Source: Octopus bimaculoides (taxonomy: Eukaryota). Taken from it: a stretch of 54,891 bases of DNA. Positions 47,142 to 54,891 of this stretch are shown one piece after another; position 1 is the first letter of the stretch; the number at the start of each line of letters is the position of its first letter. The translations under genes and the position numbers were made by a program. The notes beneath the pieces were generated by a model that was not told the DNA's origin, searched no databases, and was given only the letters and a program-made list of their open reading frames with translations. The stretch lies in NCBI RefSeq assembly GCF_001194135.2, contig NC_068993.1:26382299-26437189 (forward strand), written 5' to 3'.

Positions 47142-48099
47142 TTGAGTGTTTGAGTGTGTATGTGTGTGCATGGGAGTGACTGCATGCGTGTATGTAATGT
47201 TATTAGATGTACATATAAATATATATATGTATCTCTGTAGGTATCTATCTATTTATCTATTTATCTCTCTATCTGTGTATGCATGTATGTATGTATATAT
47301 AAATATATATACCTAGATTAATAGATAGATAGACTAATATATGTGTGTGTGTGTGTGNNNNNNNNNNATATATATAAACATTTCTATGTGTGCGAGTGTG
47401 TATATATATATATATGTTGTATGTACATTTATGTATAAAACTAGGACACAGCCTATGTGTGTTTAAAAGAAAAATTGTTTCTCTTCAATATATGCATACA
47501 TACACACACACACATGTATACATCTATCTATTTATCTGTCTATCTATCCATTTATCTATCTATATATATATATTTATATATATATGTGTTTGGTGGTGGT
47601 CGTCGTCGTCGTCGTCGTCATCGTCATCATCATCATCGACGTTGTCATTGTCGTTATTGTCATCATCATCATGGTAAACAAAGAAACAGAGACAATGTGA
47701 TGCAGAGAAGAATCTTCAGTCATATTGAGAATAAGAGAACTTCTATAATGGTAGTGCCATAATAAAATGAACCTGTTATATTCTGTATCCAGTTTTAGAG
47801 ACTATGACAAAAGTGGAACCTCCAAGCAATATATGGTCTCCAACCCTATGTGAACGAAGGTAACCTAACATCAAAATTGATTCAAACCATAGAAACAAAC
47901 AAGCATATGGACAGATAGAAAAATGGAAGTAAAATACTGATAATAATGATGAGGATGATATACATATAAATACATACACATGCATGCTTGTGCACATGCA
48001 CATGCACGCATACACACCTGCACACATGTGCGCACGCACACACACACACACACACACTCACAAATCATCAAAGAGAATTTCAGCTATTTTGAAAGTTCA

Positions 48100-49545
48100 T
48101 TCAAGTTAGTCTTTGTAACAGTGGGAAGGACATCCTTGTGGTCTGCTTCTAGTGGTTAGTGCACTGAAGAAAATTTGATTAGGAATTTTCCTTTCTGTCT
48201 AAACACTTGTTGTAATCAACATGTGGTGGTTCATTTTATGCTTTGACAGCATAACTGGTTATGTTGTCCACCTATTTGATGTTTAAGATGGTACAAGATT
48301 TTTATGGAAACACTCAAGGTGTTTAATGTCCCTACAATAAAATATTCATGTTTCACAACTGTATGATAATTTTGAAATGATGGCAGCTTGACAGGCCATC
48401 AGTTTCATTTTGGTGGGTATTCTTAAGGACCTGTTTTGCCGCTTTCCTAAATATTGCACAGGCTGATTCAATTCTGTGTTCTACATCCCTTTTGAAATTA
48501 TATTTGTTGAAATAAATATTTCCAAGAAAGAGGAAGTGATCAATTTAATCGAGAGGTGTATCAGAGATAGTGATGTTAAAATCAGGGAAATTGATCTTTG
48601 AAGCAAGCTAAGTGAAAACTTCAGAGTTCTTGATATTCACTCTAGGCGAAAGTGATTATATGCCCCAGTGAAGTTGAGGCACAAAAAGTTCAATTTCTCA
48701 ATTGGTAGCATATGGATACCATCCAACTCTAAGAATCCAGTGAAGAGCCTCAGAAGGCATTTAATAGCAGCCTAAAAGATACAACATCTATAGGTGAAAC
48801 CAACCAACTATTAGAAATCTGGCTAGCTTCAGGTAACAAGTCAGGTCTACCTGGCAAGTTTAAGGCTTCGATTCTCCAGTATGGCATTCTCCCTTTGAGA
48901 GGAATTTCAGCAGGTTCCAGGAATGTTCTATAAAGCTGAGCAGCATTGACCTTTATAGACAGAAAAGCAAGCTGAAATTCCTATCAGCAGCCTGAGAAGA
49001 ATGTGTAGTGATCATGCTTGAGAAATGTTGCAATACCAAGTCTCATGCCGGTAGTAAGGTTAGGACAGGACAGATGTGGAGAACAGTGGAGGCTGTCAAT
49101 GTTGTTGATATGTGGCTAAGACAAAGAGCACTCATGAGTATTGTACTTTGTGGAAGGGCTGGCTTGGATAGCAACACAACACCTAACTATGACAAGATAC
49201 AAAGGAAAGGCAAGAAGCTACTGATTCAGAATGTGGTGCAAGTGTCAGTTGAGGAAGAACAAACCAATGTGCTGGGATGAGGCAGCAGGAAACCTGATTA
49301 AAATGAGACAAAGCAGTACAAACTCTCATGACCTCAGCTCCAAAGTGTGGAGCCCCACCAGAAAAAATGTTTGATTTTGACAGTTTATGACATCCTGCTG
49401 AGCCCACAACTTGTTTCACTGGGAAAAGTTTTCCCCATGGCCCAAAGGGAGGAACCCTGGAACAGTTGTCTAAAAGTCCTGTAGGAGGAATGATTCAAAT
49501 AATATAAGAAGCTATAGTGATATGGAGGGCATAACCACACATAAT
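48100..49545 (+). mobile_element. HERO-clade (RLE-type) LINE, decayed RT C-terminal half to zinc finger
   Basis: SGLPGKFKASILQYGILP (48841-48894), VRTGQMW..VEAV, VLCGRAGL, YDILLSP, W.HN-like end, matching HERO consensus as recalled. Confidence 0.7.
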
Positions 49546-49547
49546 AT

Positions 49548-49930
49548 GATGGAATAGTGGGGTATGTTCCTGTCAAGACTTTTATAAAATATGAGCATAA
49601 AAGGCCAGCTATAATGTTCTGGAACACAGAAAAGAAACCGTGCACAGTATTTGAAATTGATTACTCAGTAGATGTCAACATAATGTTAAAGATTAGTAAA
49701 AAAGACATCTAACCACTGAGAAATCTATGACTAATTCATCCAGATTATTACTCTAGACTTCTACCAATGATTATTGGAACACTTGTCTACAGGACTAAAT
49801 GCCTCAGAACCAGTCTTGAAGCTGGGATTCACCAAACGAAAAATAACATGTCTAATCAAAAGATTACAGCTACAAACTATTAAAAAGTACTGCCAAAATC
49901 TGTGAAACATTCATGATGATCAAAATGTAA
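49548..49930 (+). mobile_element. R4/Dong-clade LINE 3' end (RLE domain)
   Basis: E*WGYVPVKT..KYEHKRPAIMFW..CTVFEI..VDVNI, PMIIGTL, LQLQTI..TAKICETF. Confidence 0.7.
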
Positions 49931-50026
49931 TAAGATGAACAAATGTAATGTCACTCATGCCTGTGCTCTGTGTACATATGCACATACACATGTATATGCA
50001 TATATGCATATATGCACATGCATGCA

Positions 50027-50400
50027 TGTGTACAGTTGTGGAAATCAAGTGTCTAGCAGATGTTAACATAAAGCAAAAGATCAGCACAAAAGAAAAGTTA
50101 TTCTATCCAGATGACAAGTTCAGGTTTATACCTGTAATTATCGGGGCACTGGGATATGTAACACACTGCCTAAATACCAATCCTGAGAAAATAGGTTTCT
50201 CAAAACCAGAAATGAGAAAGCTAATTCGAAGTCTACAGATCCAAGCCATCATTGGAACTGTAAAAATCTGTAAAACTTTTGAGAAATTTATCATTCAAGT
50301 ACATATGAGCATGTCTAGATATGCAACTATATGCATGAGAATATATACATAAAATAAAACATACAAATCTGCACACCTACATGCATACATACATACATAC
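50027..50400 (+). mobile_element. Second tandem R4/Dong 3' end ending in (CATA)n
   Basis: CTVVEIKCLADVNI..KFRFIPVIIGALGYVTHCL..GFSKPE..LQIQAIIGTVKICKTF. Confidence 0.85.
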
Positions 50401-50571
50401 ATGTTTGTATGTATATACATGTTTGTATGTATATGCAAACAAATAAACAAACAAACAAAGATACCCTGTTGATGTCAAGATTTCAATGGAAGAGCCTTGG
50501 ATCTAGGTTAGAAACCAGATCTTTCTCTTTATTGGCAAGAAATATTGAAATAAACTGAATAATGACATAAT

Positions 50572-50645
50572 CACACACACAACACACAACACACACACAA
50601 CACACAACACACACACAACACACAACACACACACACATACACACA
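50572..50645. repeat. About 16-bp (AACACACAACACACAC) compound CA minisatellite
   Basis: Direct reading. Confidence 0.8.
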
Positions 50646-51444
50646 CATGGTAATCGCTCCATCTTTGCAGATGATTGCCATTGTACTTGTGTGCTTCCTC
50701 ATTATCAATAGTATTTCTGACTTTCCATCCATGATCTGGAGTGGGACTATTCCGTCCCATGGTAGGTTTGCATGGTTTGAAGCTTAGGTGACAAATGAAA
50801 GTCGTAACTTCCTGTGTTCTTCCAACTGGTTAGTTCTGCACATGTTTCCACACTTTTACCATTATAGGTATTATATTGCCATTTTTGAATGTACTGATCA
50901 TACCTCTCTCAAAAAATAGCTCCCTTTGCTGTTGAATAAAATAAACTCACAGAGGAGAAGTTTCAACGTTTTCTTTCAATTTCCTTTCGCCATTTATGTG
51001 GCTGTTTCTGACAAAAAATTTCGCTTTCATGTAAACCAACTATATTTCATAGTCATTATCCGTAATTTAAATCAGTTTAGTAAGTTTATAAAAACGAAAG
51101 TAGATGAAAGACTACACGCATTTCATGGCCACATTAATGTGAAAAATATCTTGTCAATCTACAATGAATCAATCAAGATAAATACCACTCATAATGAGGA
51201 CACTCTTCAGGTCAAATAACTTCAAAAAATATTAAAATCATAAGACCTGAGCATAACATCTTCAGAGGGGAAAAAATATACGCTTGGATGTTTTATATAT
51301 GTTTATAGCAGACTAATGAATTCAATATTTAATTAGACTCACTGAGTATTAATTGAAACAGCTATAACAGATGTTGATTGATTTGTTGCTAATAATAAAC
51401 AATTATTAACTTCCCAATCTCCATTTTCTTTTTCTTCTTTTATA

Positions 51445-51494
<50 letters not shown>

Positions 51495-51646
51495 GAAATA
51501 TAGAAGTATCCAAGGAGCAAAGATATTGAAGATTCAGTGTATACCACGTGGCAAAATTATAAGTTGAAAATATGTGGAAAAAGATATATAAAAAGTGGAA
51601 GAGAAATGCCTTCATTTCATATAGTTTAATATCTTTTTATAAATAT

Positions 51647-52449
51647 ATACATATTAAATGGATGTTGTGAAATCCAACCGGCTTTCGTTATTTAAATTAG
51701 CTTTTCAAGGAACATNNNNNNNNNNNNNNNNNNNNNNNNNNNNNNNNNNNNNNNNNNNNNNNNNNNNNNNNNNNNNNNNNNNNNNNNNNNNNNNNNNNNN
51801 NNNNNNNNATATTGAGGTGTGGCCTGTACTTTTGTATGAACAGGTTTTCCTTGTTTAGGCGTTCTTGTACTGAGATTGAATCTTTCCATTGGTATAATGG
51901 GAAGATATGAAAATTTGGCATTTTATTACCTGTGCATCTGTCGATGTGGCCACTCAGTGCTATCTGCCTGTATTGAGGGAAATGAATCTGTCCCTTATGC
52001 AGCGTGACTCTGCGTCTCAAAGTAAGGCTCATTTGGCCCACATAATTGTGACCACAACCTGAGCAGGTTAGAACATAGATAAGGTTCTGGCAAGCACATG
52101 TGAAGTTGGCCTTAATTAAGAATTTTTGTCCTTGCTGGAATGTGAATTCCGAGCCTTCAGTTAGGTATGGGCATGTACCACAGTTAGGTCGTCTGCATTT
52201 TTTAACTGTTGGTATCGTTTGTATTGGGTATAGTTTTGCATTTGTTAGGATTCTCTTGAGTGATTTGTCTTGTCTTTTGCATTTTAGTAGTTTGTATGCA
52301 TTTTGGATGTTGTTCATCTTCGGGTCTTGAGTAAGCAGAGGGAGATTTTATATAATTGTGTTGTATGCTTCATTGTTTCTAGGGTTGTGGGTTGATATGT
52401 ATGGGAGTGATTTAAGGTGAGGCGTGGCGTTTTGTTTTGCTGTCCTAAG
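51647..52449 (-). mobile_element. Penelope-like (Neptune-type) element: end of RT, Cys-rich linker, GIY-YIG endonuclease and 3' terminus
   Basis: PYISTHNPRN, KRILTNAK, KCRRPNCGTCPY, FTCACQNLIYVLTCSGCGHNYVGQ, RLNKENLFIQKYRPHLN. Confidence 0.9.
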
Positions 52450-52894
52450 GAGCCTTACTTTGAGATGCAGAACCATGCTGCATAAAGAACAGATTCGTTT
52501 CCCTCACTTCAGACAGATAGCACTGAGCAGAGACATCAACAGATGTGCAGGTAATAAAACACCGAATTTTCATATCTTCCCATTATACCAATGCAAAGAT
52601 TCAATCTCAGTACAAGAACACCTAAACAAGGAAAACCTGTTCATACAAAAGTACAGGCCACACCTCAATATACAAATTTGACCATTTAAAAAATTATACT
52701 AAGGAGCCAGCTGTCCCCCTTGCAACCTGTTGCTTCCCTTGGTTCACTCTCTTGGCTCAATCTTCTTATTCTTCAAACATCCAAAATGATGAGACCCCTC
52801 TGTCATGAGAATTGATTACTGTACAATGTTCCTTGAAAAGCTAATTTAAATAACGAAAGCCGGTTGGATTTCACAACATCCATTTAATATGTAT
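52450..52894 (+). mobile_element. Inverted partial copy of the same Penelope 3' end
   Basis: LTLRCRTMLHKEQIRFP...KENLFIQKYRPHLN; 52826-52894 is the exact reverse complement of 51647-51715. Confidence 0.9.
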
Positions 52895-53400
52895 NNNNNN
52901 NNNNNNNNNNNNNNNNNNNNNNNNNNNNNNNNNNNNNNNNNNNNNNNNNNNNNNNNNNNNNNNNNNNNNNNNNNNNNNNNNNNNNNNNNNNNNNNNNNNN
53001 NNNNNNNNNNNNNNNNNNNNNNNNNNNNNNNNNNNNNNNNNNNNNNNNNNNNNNNNNNNNNNNNNNNNNNNNNNNNNNNNNNNNNNNNNNNNNNNNNNNN
53101 NNNNNNNNNNNNNNNNNNNNNNNNNNNNNNNNNNNNNNNNNNNNNNNNNNNNNNNNNNNNNNNNNNNNNNNNNNNNNNNNNNNNNNNNNNNNNNNNNNNN
53201 NNNNNNNNNNNNNNNNNNNNNNNNNNNNNNNNNNNNNNNNNNNNNNNNNNNNNNNNNNNNNNNNNNNNNNNNNNNNNNNNATATATACATATATGTATAT
53301 ATGTCTATATACATACATATACTCACACACACACACATACACACACATATACACACACACACACACATACCCACACATATACACACACACACACACACAC

Positions 53401-53445
<45 letters not shown>

Positions 53446-53829
53446 CGTGTTCTGCAGGTTTGTCTAATGTTTAAATAACTAAATTGTTTTATCAAATGGT
53501 TAGATGCTGCTAGAAGATGTTGACTCGATAACAAAGACAACGAGTGTTGATGTTGACAACATAGGTCTAGTCAAGTGTTAGTTAAAAAAAGAACAAGTAG
53601 GAGGTTAGGAGATAGGGAAAGTGAGACTGTGTATCGAGTGAACATAGAAGGTGGCAGTCACTGTATGTAGACATACTGTGTAGATGTTTATCATGTGTGT
53701 GTGTTTGTGTGTGTGTATGTAAGTATGTGAATATATATATTTATTATGTACATGTATGTATATATATATATGTGTGTATGTATGCATGTATGTATGTATA
53801 TATGAACTATGTATTTAGATAGATAGATA

Positions 53830-54815
53830 AATAGATCCACCTATTCATTGCTAAAGTATGATTACACAGACTCGCAAACAATCTATTCTATCAATCTACG
53901 CATCCGTGTTAAGCTAGTAAGCCCTAACAAGCTGAGAAAGTTACGTAATATTCCTTATGTATAAGAAGAAACAAAAACAAAATAAATAAAAACAAGATAA
54001 GCTAAAAAAGAAGAAGAAAAAAAAAACGAAGAAAAAGTGCAGCTAAAAGTACAGTTAAATATTTGTTGGTAATCCTATTGCAGCCCTCATAACTTGGAAA
54101 ATTTATGGTTGGTGGATACTTGAAAATAAAATTGCACTTGGTAGTCTTTTTAAGATCAGTTTTGAAATGACCATGCTCTCAAGGCTCTAGTTTTTGCATT
54201 GGAATACATATTGATATTTATAGTTTCTTGGTGGTACTTGTTTAGAAGGGTTATTTATATAAAGGCTTTTATAAATACTAAGATTAAGAGGGTAGAGCCA
54301 TTTAAGAAAGAGATAAATCAAGTAATTTCAAAAGATCATTTCAAACAATATTGTCTTATTGTATAAAGTTAAAATTAAGAGTAATCAAGAAGATTTAAGG
54401 TAAACAAGAAGATTTAGGGTAATCAAGAAGATTTAGGGTAATCAAGAATGAAATTTTAACAAAAGGATAAAACATCTTTGAATATTTTGAGTATAAACCA
54501 AATTTTTTTTCCCACAATAGAGGGAGAAAAAGAAAATTGCAAAGAAAATAGTTTAATATTTATTTACTTATTACTTATCTAAATATTAACTTATTATATG
54601 GTTTCTATGAAGATTGATCAATTGGATTTAACTGGTATTTAATAAGGAAGCAACTAAGGTTAAAGAACATGTTAATTGTATACTGATTTAATTAAATTGA
54701 ACTATTTTAAGTTGTCGAGATACCGGTATTACTTTATATAAGATGAGCATGAATTAATAGGGGTACAATGATTAGATTTATTTAAGGCTACTATAAAATT
54801 ATGATAATAATAATA

Positions 54816-54858
<43 letters not shown>

Positions 54859-54870
54859 TAATAATAATAA
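53830..54870 (+). mobile_element. Possible very decayed RLE-type LINE 3' region ending in (TAA)n
   Basis: A-rich strand, faint K.KY.DL-like and VGxRG-like traces, terminal (TAA)n at 54804-54870. Weak. Confidence 0.25.
54381..54448 (+). repeat. 19-bp minisatellite, about 3.6 copies (GTAATCAAGAAGATTTAGG)
   Basis: Direct reading. Confidence 0.9.
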
Positions 54871-54891
54871 CCTGCAGAAAAAGCAAAGCGC

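Noticed and set aside
54381-54448. CRISPR-like direct repeats
   Set aside because: Contiguous 19-bp tandem units with no spacers, in eukaryotic DNA; no CRISPR array or rRNA gene was seen anywhere in the window.

Overview
Repeat-saturated animal genomic DNA from a fragmented short-read assembly, with 11 N-gaps that mostly sit next to microsatellites. The SINE families, RTE-type (GAT)n tails and microsatellite load point to an octopod cephalopod, probably Octopus (inference from recalled repeat sequences, not a database search). No intact host protein-coding gene could be supported; most ORF-track entries are microsatellite or N-gap artefacts. The real coding signal is decayed transposable elements: RTE, R4/Dong, HERO, L1/Tx1 and I/Jockey-like LINE fragments, two Penelope GIY-YIG fragments, a cecropia-type (Hsmar1-like) mariner and a Charlie/SPIN-type hAT fragment. 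There are also about 20 tRNA-derived SINE copies and several MITEs with recognisable TIRs and TSDs. The most interesting unexplained structures are: (1) a pre-miRNA-like hairpin at 10500-10577; (2) a minimal type I hammerhead-ribozyme motif carried antisense in a LINE-like repeat present twice (113-229 and 9488-9600); (3) a 479-bp fold-back element whose inverted ends are SINE 3' tails (44555-45033); (4) a 247-bp, 246/247-identical local duplication inside a hAT MITE; (5) an inverted Penelope pair with identical tips; (6) R4/Dong copies bracketed by (CATA)n. All alignments and translations were done by eye and most TE boundaries are approximate.
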